64,000 bases of DNA, taken from Ramazzottius varieornatus (Eukaryota > Animalia > Tardigrada). The stretch is from positions 1-64,000 of the forward strand of contig BDGG01000018.1 in assembly GCA_001949185.1 (NCBI GenBank), read 5' to 3'. The position numbers were made by a program, and so were the translations under genes. Shown here piece by piece: positions 1-12,738 of the stretch (position 1 is its first letter; each line of letters opens with the position of its first letter). The notes under the pieces were generated by a model that saw only the letters and a list, made by a program, of their open reading frames with translations, had not been told where the DNA came from and ran no database searches.

Positions 1-914
1 AGTTGCTTCGTCTTTGTTGCCTTGTGGAGCCTCTTCGTTTCTCTTGCGGGATCCACCAAGAGTTGTAGTCCCTTTAGTCTTGGTCCATTTTCGGAAAGCC
101 GCGTCACGTCTCTTAAGACTGTCAATAGTCCGTGGGGAGAGTGATGGTCGGGTAAGACTTCTCGATCCAACTTGCTTCAACCTGAAATGTTTCTGCGCAA
201 TTTCCACTAGTTTCGCTTCGAAGATAACGACGGCCACATCTGAGTTACACTGTGCATCAAAAAACGACTTCAAGTCCAAGCCAGCCACTTCTTTACGGAA
301 TTGTTCTGACATCCGGTCTCGAGCACCCATATTGGTTTCGGAGGCGTTGGGAAATTCACTGTCCACACTTTCACCAGACAATGCAGTCCGCAGTGGTCGT
401 TGGAAAACGTCAGCTTAGGGAGGATATTGACTTGGCGGACAAGGCTCAGCTGGGTGACGGAAGGGAGATCCAAGCACGAAGACGACTCTTATCGTACTCT
501 GGTGACTCCCCGGACTCTTTGAAACAGCCCGAATTCTTTAATGACGGAAAGTAGCTCCCTTGTACGAGGTTGTTTTGCTGACATGTCCTTCCAGTCAATG
601 TCTGGACAGTTGAAATCGTCCAGCAGGATCAGATTTCTTCTGAGGTAGGGTGGTATCTTTTGGAGAGAGGTACGTAGCTTTGCGAATACCTCCATATCGT
701 ATCCTGGAGCGCACAATACACCGACCACTGCGATCATCTTCCATCCCACTACCTTTAGCCACAGCAACTCGAGACCTTCTAATTCATACTCGTCGACCCT
801 CAACGTCGCTGTCATTGCCCTCCTTTCTGGCAATGACAGCGACGCCACCGCCGGTTTCCTTCTGACATCCGGCGCGATCTTTCCTGTAGACGCTGTATTT
901 CTGCAAATCAGCAA
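1..914 (-). mobile_element. Degenerate non-LTR retrotransposon (CR1/L2-like) ORF2 fragment: APE endonuclease and downstream linker
   Basis: Minus-strand motifs YRKDR...GGGVAVIA, ELLWLKV, LILL(G>D)DFNCPDIDW and GLFQRVRGVTR across frameshifts. RT would lie left of the window. Confidence 0.8.
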
Positions 915-1800
915 TCAACACATCTGCCAAGATTGCGCCGGGTCAATGGCTGAACTATGGTAAGCCGGGAGACCCGCTTTTGGCAGCCGGTGATAGTCTT
1001 CCCTGCAGTCTCATCGACAAGATGTCTTCGGCGTGGGGAAATATTATTGCCATCACGGCCAAGGGCGGTGCCCGATTGCAGGAGGTGCTGGAACGGATGG
1101 ATGAGATGAAAGTGCACAAGATGGGCACAAAGTGCTTGGCTCTCCACTGTGGCACCAACGACTTGGACCAGCTAGTCACCGGTAACCAGACGCGGCAAGA
1201 ACGCAAGGAGAAGATGGATCAGCTGTTGGCCGCCACCAAGAGCTTTTGGTCTCTGCGCAAAGGACGCTACGGGCAGCTCTTGTTGATTGAATATCCAAAG
1301 CGCTCTTACGACACTCGTCGGTATCCGGGTAGCCAGGACTGGTGGGACATGCTGGTCGAGCATTATAACAGCGGCCTCAAGGAACTGGCTAAAGCCACCC
1401 ACATTTACTTTGTGCCGCTGCAGGTACAGTAGCAAACTTTGCTGTGAATGACTAGTTTACAGTCACTGCCCTTTTGGGAGTTGGCACAAACTGGTCGTTG
1501 TTTCAACCTACAGTGAAGGGGCTTTGTGTTTTTGCAGCACAAGTTCACGGAGTGGACTAGGAGTTCCGTAAAGAGGCATACCAGACGCGCACTCACTTGC
1601 GCTGTGAGCCACCGTCTCGATCTGGCGGACGCAAGGACGCTCGCAAGGGCGAGCCGTTGTTTGTCCTTGCGCATGCCGTGCAGGACGCCTTCAAGAACCA
1701 CGTCCTGCGGGCCGGGACAACGAAGCTCAACGAGAAGAACCCGCAGCGCCGTCCTTGCACCGGTAGTTTTGAAGTGGTAGTTTTTGGGGTAATACTTTGA
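915..1800 (+). pseudogene. SGNH/GDSL-hydrolase-like coding sequence, 5'-truncated, with a probable intron (~1424-1537)
   Basis: Block I GDS, block II KGGA, block III HCGTND, then YNSGLKELA..IYFV. Donor CAG|GTACAG and acceptor TTTTTGCAG. No clean DxxH block V afterwards. Confidence 0.6.
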
Positions 1801-2865
1801 TCGTTGGATTGGCGATTGGATGACGCTAGACAGACCGTTAGTCACGACTTATTATACAGTTGCAGGCTACAGGGCAAAAACGTGCGAAACAAGCTCAGCT
1901 AGGATCGAAACGCAAAAACTTGATCCATAAGCCACGAGTGTCTTGTGATTAGAAAGTGTCGAAACTGTAGAAGAGTATATGACTCTGTCGACGAGCCGAC
2001 TGTACAGCTTGCTGCGAGCTCTAGAACAAGTAGGACATGCAGCTCGAGCGTTGGGTCGCGGCATTTCGCGCGAGTTTGCAACGTCCGGGTTTGTTAACGG
2101 CAGTACACGCTATTCCTCAGGTTCCCAAAGTTTCAGCTTCAACCGGCCAAAACTGACCAGCCAGGGGCGGATTGACCCAATGTCCAAAATACCAGCCTCT
2201 AGAGGCTGGAAACTTCGTGATGAAAATTGAAGAAGAAACGGAAGCCTCGTGAGGCAGGTATAATACAGTGCAGTCGATCGAAATCTGGTACCTATTTTTC
2301 GATTTTGTTTTGAAGTCTACTATACATTCGCCATACAGCACGACAAGCCAAGGCCGAAATTACATTACACATAAATTACACCCTAGCTTTACTGGTGTGA
2401 TCAAGTAATCTATCCGCATGTGGACCGGCTGTGTCGGTATGGCTCACAGTATCGTTAATTTTGCACGATTTCTTTATTTCGAAATCGCAATATCAGGTAC
2501 CAGATTTCCAGCGACCGGACTGTATTGTCGCAAAATTCTCAGGCTTCGTGCGACTTTTACAGTTTTTTGTACCTTAGCCTGAATCAGAACCGCAAAATCG
2601 GGACTTATTCCAAACGCAAATTAGAAACCGAGGCAGTTTCAAATGACGACGTCTGTCAGAACACCTTGGGTTTTATCCAAACGTATCATTATCAACACCG
2701 TTCATTTTATCTGAACTTGCGAGCCTCGCGAGGCTTGCACACGATTTTTCCGTGCTGTTGGGCTTAAAAAGTCAGTTTTTTCAACCTTTCAGCCTTACCT
2801 CAGGACCTCAATCCGCCCCTGTCACCAGCAACCTTCCAGGACGCCCCCGATAATGTCGCGACAGG

Positions 2866-3056
2866 CTATACTGTCACAGATGTACCTATACTGTCACAAC
2901 TTTCACCGGACTGTCACAGATGTACCTTTGTGAATCTTGTGACAGTATAGGCTATACTGTCTCGGATACCTATACTGTCACGGATGTATCTGTACTATCA
3001 CAAGTGTAGCAACCTAGTTTGCTTGCAACGTTGGGACCCTGGTGTGACAGTATAGG
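2866..3056. repeat. Array of ~8 CTATACTGTCAC(AGATGTAC)-like motifs in both orientations, probably transposon subterminal repeats
   Basis: Repeated tatactgtcac and inverted gtgacagtatag copies are directly visible. Confidence 0.75.
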
Positions 3057-3277
3057 GCATCGTGACGATGCCGGACTCCATACACCGCCGACCATGCCGC
3101 TATTTATCCAGGATTCAAGCAGCCTAGCTTCGAGAACATTTCCGATGACGAGGCTTGAAATCTTTCCAGCCTGTTATATCAGGTGTTTCAGTACAGGAGG
3201 AGTAAGCATGTGTGACCCAGTGAGGAAATGTGTGACCCAGTAGTCTCAGACGGCGCATCCATAGAAAAGCATGAGAC

Positions 3278-3327
3278 NNNNNNNNNNNNNNNNNNNNNNN
3301 NNNNNNNNNNNNNNNNNNNNNNNNNNN
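3278..3327. other. Assembly gap (50 N)
   Basis: Run of N. Confidence 0.99.
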
Positions 3328-5866
3328 TCCTGTATGACTTTTCCGTTTTCTTCGCGCCTGACTTTTTTTCTCCCAAGTGAACTGGGGTACCTGTCCCATT
3401 TTTTTTCAGCAACATAGTACCAAGTCTCGACCTCAAAATTCGTCGCAGAATAATCAGATTTGTCGCAGCTGGAACCGAGTAAAAATAATTCTGGTAATGA
3501 GATTCTAGGAAATTCTTAACCCAGGGTAAACTTATTTTTCCTGTCCAGGCCTGTGCTTTCAAAAACTTGTGAAACTTCGCAAACATAGACTCACACTCAC
3601 TACTCTCACGTGCCTGGTTACAACTTTTGCAGAACGGTTTGATACAAAAGATAGGTGGGAAGCATGACGAAACCCGCAGACGAAAGGCGGCTTCTCCCAA
3701 AGTCGAAGAATCGGATCTAGCCTCAGCTTCGTATATACGTATCTAACAGTTTGAGATACGCACTAGTATTCCAGTCAACAGCTTTTTACAAGCCAAGAAC
3801 ACAAAAAGCATTTAAAATTGTCAAGCAACACGGGATGATATTTCCGGAGGAAAACTCGAAAAATATTTTATGAAAATCGTAAAAGTTGGAATTAAGAGCT
3901 CTCCAAAGGTTATTACATGACACAACATTTGGGCATGTGGGTATAATACCAAATCATTTTCTTTGCCAGACTACGTTCATCAGGAAAATAAAAGAAGGAA
4001 AGGTGCGAGCGCGAAAACTTCCTGCAACTTCTTCTGCCCCAGTTTTCTTCTCAGTTTGATCGTATGGTATTGCCTTGTGTATGAAAAAAACAAGGAGACC
4101 ATGTTTTTACTTTAAAAAACTTTGGTGAGAGCTTCTCCCACCACCGACACCACCGATCGGCTCAGCTCACCACCGGTTTTAATTGGCATACAGCGATGGG
4201 CTCCTCTCACCCCTTCTAGCTTATTCTTCGGTTAGATGAAATGTGGTGAGATCAACCAGGAAATTACGACTTCACCACCACCGTGGTTGGGATTTCCACT
4301 ATCGTTATAGAAGGTCCAGAAATGAGCTGGACCTGGATCTAAAAACGCCTGTTTTCAAACATCAGATAGGCTGAAAATTCGAAAGAAAGAAACACAGAAA
4401 ACGCTATTTTAATTCTGTTAAGAAAAGTTTCTCCTATGTCCGAAAACGGGCAGTTTTCGAACAAGGATTAGTGTTTATTCTGTATCAGAAAAACTCTGAA
4501 TTGGCTATTCTTTCAAGCAAAAAATAAGGCTTTATTCGGGCACAGATTTGACTGTTTTTTCTAGCTGAAGCAGAGAAGGAAAACATGATCTCTGATAGAA
4601 AATTTTCACTGAAATGCGACCTAAACCGCGCTAATTCTCGTAAAACACTACGACACGACGAGTCCGAAGCTGCACAAAATCTAGCAAAAGATCGACAAAG
4701 ATTAGGGGGAGCCATGCATATGAAAAACTAGAGATCGTGTATCCTGAGTCCTGACGCACCATGTCAAGCTCGAACAGCTCCGAGATATGCAACAGTACAA
4801 GCAAGAAGAAGTAGATAAGCACCGACAAGCTAGGCAAGACAGCCGATTGCAGTTGGGATGACCTGCGGACAAGAACCAGTAGTCAGTCATCAAGCAGCTA
4901 GAGTTTACGCCAGCCCATATCTGAAATTTCATCAACCTAAAGCTGATTGACGCTATGCGTCAGATGGGACCGCGAGCTCGCTCGTCAGGTCGGCTCTCCG
5001 TTGTGGTTGGGAATGGCTCATGAAACCCTTCTCCGTTTCAGGAGTAGCCGTGGTACTTCTGAAAGCAACAATGCGGTAGAAATAAAATCAGTCAGTCAAC
5101 GGTCATCGTAATCAGCACAACTAAGCCTGCATACGGCTTCAAACGGCATAGTCTCAAGTTCTTCGGTTCATAGTCAAACAAGCCTTAAGCCTCAAGAAAG
5201 TAGGATCTTTACCTTGAGGTGGATGAACCGAGCTCGGGCGAAAATACGCGAGGCGATCGGAACAAACGGTAGTTAGAAGCCATTCCTCCGGTTCTTATCA
5301 TGCCCATCTGTCGGACAGGGCATTCTCAGCTCGAAACCAAGGTCTGGTCACCTCGCCAGGCACAGTACTCATAACAAAGCACAGCTTACGGAAGTCGATC
5401 GAGAAAGCGATCGATTTCTTAGGAAAAGCAAAACGTTACAAGGAGCAAATTTCAAAATGGCCGCTTGCCCGAAACAGAAGTGTTGGATGAAGCCAGGCTC
5501 GATTGATTCAAGCCAGGTGAATTTCCAGCTGTATGACTGAGGCCTCGCCTCCATCCGTTTTCTGTTTAACATGCGCGTTCTCAGCGCGTACGAACGAACT
5601 GCCTCAAAAATAACAGGCTACATGGCACACAACAAAACAGGCTACATGATCAGCTAAGAGCCGCTCTGCTTTAATACAGCAGTGCGCGACTGAATCATGC
5701 AATTTTAACCTCCGGAGGTTCGCGAGAAAGTTGCAGACGAAAGTGCGTTGTCAGTTCTAAACATGTCTAACGACAGATCCGAATGATGTGATTGCCTTAG
5801 AACACAAATTTTTCACTTGACGCTTTCATCTACGACACAGCCATCCTAATTTATTAATATTTTTAG

Positions 5867-8248
5867 GCCACGGACGCCGGCTGCACCCTTCGCACAGCTG
5901 GAGCCTCCCTCGGCAGCCAAGGCTACGCCGTGGGCCGTGGCTTTACCCATTGCTCTTCGCTGAAGAGCGCAGTAAGCACGGCCATCCTCAAGTACATGGA
6001 GAGCGGCTTCATGGACAACATACGAACCAAGTGGTTGACGGGTCTGTCCTGTCAGATGGACGACTCCTTCAGCAGCATGAACCAGCCACGCGCACTAGGT
6101 CTCGAAGACTTTGCCGGCGTCTTTCTCTTGCTGTCGGTAGGGGGCGCTGTGTGCTTTCCAATTCTGCTACTGGACCATTTGGACTACCAATGTCTGCCAA
6201 GGCTGCGGATGCTGCCGAAAACTCGCCTGTGGCATAGTCGCCATATCATATTCTCCCAGAAATTCTACCGGTTTATCAACCCTGTCAACTTGGTCTCGTC
6301 CAGCTCCAGCGCCAAAGAGTTTGCTTCTTCCGTCAAGCAGGGCCAAGTATGTAACAGAGAACCCCATTAGTTTCCTCCTCTCAACTTATCAGAATGTTTC
6401 AAAAAAGCGCTAAAAAAGCCAAGGAAGAAGCTCTGCAGCGAAAACGGGCACGCAATGCCCATAACTTTTTCGAGACCATTCATGAGCTGACGCGGAATCT
6501 GCGCGAGGGCTCCTCGATGGAAGTAGTAAATAATGAGGAAGCCTTGTCCAATGGAAGTCTACCTCGACCTCAAGCGAGGTCCAAGAACGGCTTATCGCCA
6601 TCCAGCAATCCACCCATAGAGCGCGTTGCCGACGTCGCTGAAGAAGTAATGCGACGTTTTCCCATCCGAAGACTCAACAGACAGCCCAGTCCAGAGGACA
6701 GCCTGGACAACGTCCATTCGACCACCCGCTCCTTCTCCGATTTTCAGAATGCCTTATAAGGTATTTTACCTCGTATACATATACACTGCCTACAAGAAGA
6801 AACCGACCCCCCTAATCCTTCGCTCAAAAATTCATAACTTTAGACTGGACATTCTGATGTCTAACCTTCAAAGCGATCCTTAATTCTCAATGTTTGTTCA
6901 ACGCGATCACGTGACTTTCCGAAAAGAATCAACCGGTATGATAAAGTTCGCCACCATCGAAAAACAACCTATTTTTGGAGCAGCGTAGCACGGTCAGTCC
7001 ATCGCGAAACCTTGGCGCATTGCTGTCCAAAAATACAACAAGCATTGGGCTACCACGTGGAAAAAAAATCAAGGCAATCAAAGGTTTCGACGAGGACGGA
7101 CTTGTAATGACCTATGCGCCATTTTCGATGGAGATTACACGTGCACTCTGCAGTTTTCANNNNNNNNNNNNNNNNNNNNNNNNNNNNNNNNNNNNNNNNN
7201 NNNNNNNNNTTTGCTGCTTTTTTTTGCGCAAAAAGTTTGAGGCTACACAAGCCACACAAAGTTGTCCAGCTAAACATAAAAATACGGCCCTTCATAGTTT
7301 TTGGATCCAAAATCAACGCCAGGATGGCGCGAAGGTCGCTGCGAGTTGCTCCTTGACGAAACCTTCGACTGCCTTGATTTTTTTTTCACCTGGTAGCCCA
7401 ATGCTTGTTGCATTTTTGGACAGCAATGCGCCAAGGTTTCGCGATGGACTGACCGTGCTACGCTGCTCCAAAAATAGGTTGTTTTTTGATGGTGGCGAAC
7501 TTTATCATACCGGCTGATTCGTTGATTCTCTTTTCGGAAAGTCACGTGATCGCGTTGAACAAACATTGAGAATTAAGGATCGCTTTGAAGGTTAGGCATC
7601 AGAATGTCCAGTCTAAAGTTATAAACTTTTGAGCGAAGGATTAGGGGGGTCGGTTTTTTCTTGTAGGCAGTGTATGTCCACGTCCACTGATGCTTGCTAA
7701 GCTCTGAGGCCGTACATTTAGCGCACTGCCTTTGCGGAATCACCTATAGGATTAGGTGTGTACTGCATAACGTCTGAATCGAACTACCTGAGGTTCTTGA
7801 GGTTTTCCCGACAGATATCAACTCCTTACCGAAGGCGGCAACCAGTCTTTCCCTCAAGGAGAACTGCCTCCCAAGTTCGCGGAGCCATGTTTGGGTGGCG
7901 CAGGCGACAGAGGACGGCAAAGTGTACAACGGCTTTCCGTCGATGGATTCTGAGGAGGGAGACGATGATACACCCAGTCCATCCACACCCTTGAGGGCTC
8001 CGCAACCGCCATGGAAAGCCCAACGCCTCTCGCTGGAGCATGACCGTCTACCGCGTTACACGTCACTGCGAGGACTGGACAATGTCGATATCGACGAAGT
8101 CTCCAGACAAGACCTGCTCAATATGTGGTGGTTGGCCGAGAGCGATTTACGACTGCAGATTAGACAACTTGCCCGAAAGAAAGCTCAGCTGGTGAAACAA
8201 GTCTCCTTCGCGTCCGTCAAGAAATCAAACAGTCCCACTGATCTCTAG
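5867..8248 (+). pseudogene. Ionotropic glutamate receptor (NMDA type, NR2/NR3-like): S2-M4-C-terminal exons, apparently disrupted
   Basis: GCTLRTAG..GYAVG..AILKYMESGFMDNIRTKWLTG..LGLEDFAGVFLLL (M4)..FSQKFYRFIN..MFQKS and a C-terminal coiled coil. The exon 1-2 phase does not match, there is a TAA just before the donor at ~6761, the last exon has a frameshift, and no upstream exons are seen in 1-5866. Confidence 0.75.
6784..7672. mobile_element. Tc1/mariner-type MITE with ~310-bp TIRs and TA target duplication, in a receptor intron
   Basis: TA|CACTGCCTACAAG...CTTGTAGGCAGTG|TA. Long near-perfect inverted repeats around an N gap at ~7160-7209. Confidence 0.92.
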
Positions 8249-10405
8249 TCTTTAAACTTGCTTCAGATGCTTGCGTAATTTTAATTTCTGACTATTTTAG
8301 TGGAGACATTCACGTAAGTATGTTTACTTTCTAGAGCTTTTTTCTGTATTTTAATTGTTCTGACCGGAAACCCGGATGTATTTTCACTAGAGCAGGTGTT
8401 GTTTAGCGAGCCGACAACGGCAGGCCATCATCCGGTATTGACGTCTTTCATAAGAAGATTAACTGTCGCGACGAAGATATTCTCTGGTTTTACAGTTGGC
8501 CCGATATGGTATTAGCCTGGTATGCAATACCAGGCTAATACGATATCGGGAAATGCGGAAAATTGAAAGGTGTGAAAGAGTCTGATAGTGTCATGAGACG
8601 AGCAGACAACGGTGGCGACATCGGACCGATCACAGCTGCGCGATTCCGCTCGCCGTACCAAAAGCCTGTGATTTGCCGCTAATTGAGTCGATCGTCGGCA
8701 GACTTTATTTCGGGTCAGAAATATCACAACAAATAACCCCTTTGTCCAGGCCATTAAACGAAGGTAGATAACCCCATGCTAAACAGATCTCGTTCTTTTT
8801 ATGTCAAGTTTAAATTGGTGATATGCAAAAGCTTCAGGAAAGCTTATTTGGTCAATCGATCATTTGCATCAACTGTTGTTGGGCAATTTTGTAGGCCATC
8901 AGAATCTCCACTGAGGCCGATGACAGTGTCCAATGAAGACCGTGAAAGACTAATAATACACTTTACTCAGCATGGGAGCCGAACTCTCTGTAGCGATGTT
9001 TAGAAAAGTAATGCTCAGACGAGCTTCCTCTACTTATCGGCACCTGGTCGAACAACTCAGAAAAACTGAGAAAACCAAACCGCAGCGTGAGACAATAAAA
9101 AGTCGTTGTACATCTCCGACCACGACGGGAAATATTAATGCATACCAGGAAGTCCAAGAACGGAATGGTAGACAACAGATTCTGATTGTGCATCAGAACA
9201 CCAGAGACGCTCTGCTCATAACGCGGGTGGCCATCGGCAAAAGTGGGAGAACCGGCAACATGGCCACAACGGCAACATGGCCACAACGGCAACGTTATAT
9301 GAGAACTTACGTCATGGTGTTTTGGACACCCCACATGACGTAGCACTGGCGCCGTACCAATAGCTCAATTAGTAAATCAAAAGCAAGACCAAATTTTTGG
9401 CTTCCTTTTCTCGTGATCAGGGTCGACATAGAGATCATTACGTAACTGGCCCACAATCTCGGCAATTCAAAAGATATCAGTCGGCTGCGGGTCCGGAAAA
9501 AGTAATAGAGGAAAAGGCCAATTGTCCCGAAAGGATCACCAAAGTTTTCTTGTTCTGCCAGCTAACTTCAACTTCAATTTTCCTCCTGTTGGCTTTTGCC
9601 GTCAAGCCCGACAATAGGCAACCGCACCAAAAATGTGTCAAGACGGAAAACACTGTTTGACGACGAGTTCAGTCTTGACTCAGCAGCTACTTTCCGTCCA
9701 CAAAAATGCTGCGATATCGGCTGTCAACTTGCTCACTAACTTCTAAAAAATTGGAAACAAACTGGCTCAAAAAAAGTGGTCAGGTCTCATCCTTGAGGGT
9801 TCCCTTCTCCCCTCTGGTACTTAGAAGCCGGAATTTGGTTGACCACCAAAGTTGTTTGTCGCACAGGTGGATTTCTCCCGGTTCTTCTGCGGTTTCGTGT
9901 AGCTAAGAACCAGTACCAGGTGTAAGGGCTGGCTTCTAGAAAGCATGATGGGACCCGCGGCTGCGTTTATCCGTATGACGAGCCAGCTAGCAATTTTGTA
10001 TGCAGCTGTTATGCTATGACTGATATCGATAATGGTGATTACGACACTGATTCTCGAAAGACCATGCCACGATGCCATTACTTTCGCTTTTCACATTCTT
10101 CGCCACCGTACGAGTGCCTGGACAGCAACGCTATAGTATACATACTATGTCATGTATAATGGGCCGTACAGTGCCGTACTTCCTTGACGAACGGAGTTCC
10201 TTGACGAACGGAGACCCGATACACACCGTACAGTGACTGGCGCCAATTCGAAAGAAAGTGAAACCAAAATTGCGATATAAACAGCCTGATGTAGTTCTTG
10301 TTCAAAGTCGTCCCACTTACTAACAATTTATTTTCTCTCCTTTCTTCGGTAGCGCTGCCTAGTTAGATTATTCGGCCGACTACTCTTCACTTCTCGACTG
10401 CAGGA

Positions 10406-12738
10406 ATGTTGCTGTGGTTCTTTGCCCTGGCAGTGCTGCTGATCAGCGTCCAGGCCACCGATGACGATGAGGGCCTGACCTGGCTGGGAACCTTTGAAAC
10501 CTTGGCCCATGGTGTTAACGGCGAGGTTTACGCCGAGGATGACCACACCCTAGTTATCAAGAGCTTCGTTTATGATGGCGAAAGTGAGGATGCCTTCTTC
10601 GTCCTGACCAAGACGGACAGTGTCGAAGAACCCTTCGAGTACCTCACTGACGAGCTGGGAAGTAAGGAGCCACTCGGAACCTACATGAACGAGGATATCC
10701 GCCTGCGCCTCCGACCTGGCACATCCATTGGAGATTATAAAACCCTCTCCGTCTACTGTAACAAGTACAAGGTATATTCCAGCCCTAGGAAACGCTTCCA
10801 AATATTATTATCCAAGGATGGAGAAACATTTCAAACAATTTTAAAAAGATGACTTTCTAGCAAATTTCTTGACAGAGTAATTGGCTATTTATCCAGGTTG
10901 ATTTCGGTCACGTTGTATTTGGCAAATTTGCCAAGCCGTTGGTTCGTCGCATGAAGTCGCTGGGTAAATTTGTCAACGCAATGCACGGAGTATCTGGCCA
11001 AGTGATGGCCATCGATGAAAGCACCATCCTCATCAAGAATTTCAACTTTGATGGAGCCAGTGAAGGTGGGTGAAAGTTGTCCGTGTAATCATAATGCACA
11101 AATCACTGTACGTTGTGCTGGTTTGAGTTTTGTCGGCCTTTGTGCGCGATCGTTCAAGCATCTGTCAAGCACGAGAAGAGCATGGCAAAGATCTTTGTGC
11201 GGGGCAAGGGTCATACACGTTGAATACCTGACTGGTTACCGGCCCGCAGCCAGCTAATATTCAATCTGCTACCCTATAGATGGTCAGTTTGTCCTGTACA
11301 AGAATCCGCAGATGATCAACGCCAGTATGGAAGTTATGGCCGACGAGGAAGGTTCGACCAATCCCTTGGTTCTCTACCGCGACATGGATGTTATTCTGTC
11401 GCTGAAGGCAGGCGCCAAGCTCTCCATGTACAAAGGCCTCTCCGTCTACTGCAACAAGTACCACGTACGTCCAACCGCGCCCAAAGCTCTTACAGTCTGT
11501 TCCCACCGGTCGACCGTGTGCCTTTGCAGATTAACTTCGGTAACGTCGATTTCCCGGCCAAGATGCGCCTACCTCGCGGTCCCCGCCGACGATCCATCAA
11601 GCCCCGATCTCTGGGTCAACTGCTGAACAACCAGGGAACGCACAACGTGTCCGGTACCCTCTTCCATGTTGACGAGAAGACACTGTTGATCACCCGCTTC
11701 TTCTATGATGGCATGAGCCCAGGTAAGTCATAAAACTGGCCAAACCACCTTTCCTCCGCAAACTGTACTTTTGGAATGTACCCTGGGCAAAATCCGGTAA
11801 ATACAAACAGAAGTTGTATGCCTGGGGGTAGCTGAGTCGTTGCGCTAATTACGAGCCTTTTCCTTTCCTTTCGTAGACGGCCAATTTGTTTTGAGCCGTA
11901 AAGATGTCGTGCAGGAGCCGGTGGAAATGCTGGCCGACGAACGTGGCAACACGGGTCCCCTGCGCAAGTACAATGGCCAGGATATATTCCTGACCATCCC
12001 CTCCGACCTGGACATCAATGACTTTAAGGCCTTCAGTGTCTACTGCGCCAAGTACAAGCTGGACTTTGGCCATGCCATCTTCCCTGTCGCCAACCAGAGC
12101 GAGAAGCCCTTCAGCCTTTTGTCCGCCAAGGTCAACATGGCCGGCGCCAAGAAGCTCGGCTCCTTCTCCACCATCGCCCACGGTGTCCAAGGCGAGGTCT
12201 ACGCACTGGATGAGGCAACCTTGTTCATTAAGAATTTCACGTACGATGGAACCAGTCCAGGTATAGAAACAGTCATGACAAAATACGAAGCATATCAATC
12301 TACGTGATGTCTTACCTCCAGTCCACATATGCATGCGTACCGTCAATATCGACACCTGATGAAATGTACGTTTTTCCACAGATGGTAAGTTTGTTCTTAG
12401 CAAGACCGAGACTATCGCCGAGCCTTTCGACGTTCTGGCTGACGAATGGGGCATGAAGAACGACGGACTTCTCGAATACAACGGCAAGAACATTGTTGTC
12501 AAGCTGAACAAAGATACCAAAATAAGCGACTTCAAAGCTTTGTCTGTATGGTGCAATGATTACAAGGTACGCTGGTTATCCGTTCAGTGATTTTCTTCGA
12601 AGGACAGTTACGAAAGGAGTTTTAATTATATGAGTTCTTTTGCAGCTCGACTTTGGCCATGTGATATTTGGACAAGATATGTCCGGTTTAGCTCAAGCCA
12701 AGGTTGCCGTTTTGAGCAGCGGGGAATCGATGTGGTAG
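10406..12738 (+). CDS. Secreted protein with four DM13 domains (Skeletor/Knickkopf-like DM13, no DOMON), 7 exons
   Basis: Signal peptide MLLWFFALAVLLISVQA. Four repeats of LG.F...HGV.G.VYA.D..TL.I.NF.YDG...DG.FVL...L..Y....I.L......YK.LSVYC.KY..DFG. Approximate exons 10406-10770, 10898-11065, 11279-11464, 11531-11722, 11877-12260, 12382-12566, 12646-12738. Confidence 0.88.

Noticed and set aside
2866-3056. CRISPR-like array
   Set aside because: The repeats are ~12 bp, in both orientations, without regular unique spacers or cas genes, in a eukaryotic context.
3328-5800. Possible gene or TE coding remnants
   Set aside because: Short interrupted frames with no motif I could assign.
10180-10213. 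17-bp tandem duplication upstream of the DM13 gene (also an 18-bp one near 9253-9292)
   Set aside because: Two-copy slippage duplications with no evidence of function.
11849-12556. 235-aa minus-strand ORF (likewise 38362-39006 and 60525-61079)
   Set aside because: Antisense to well-supported coding exons.
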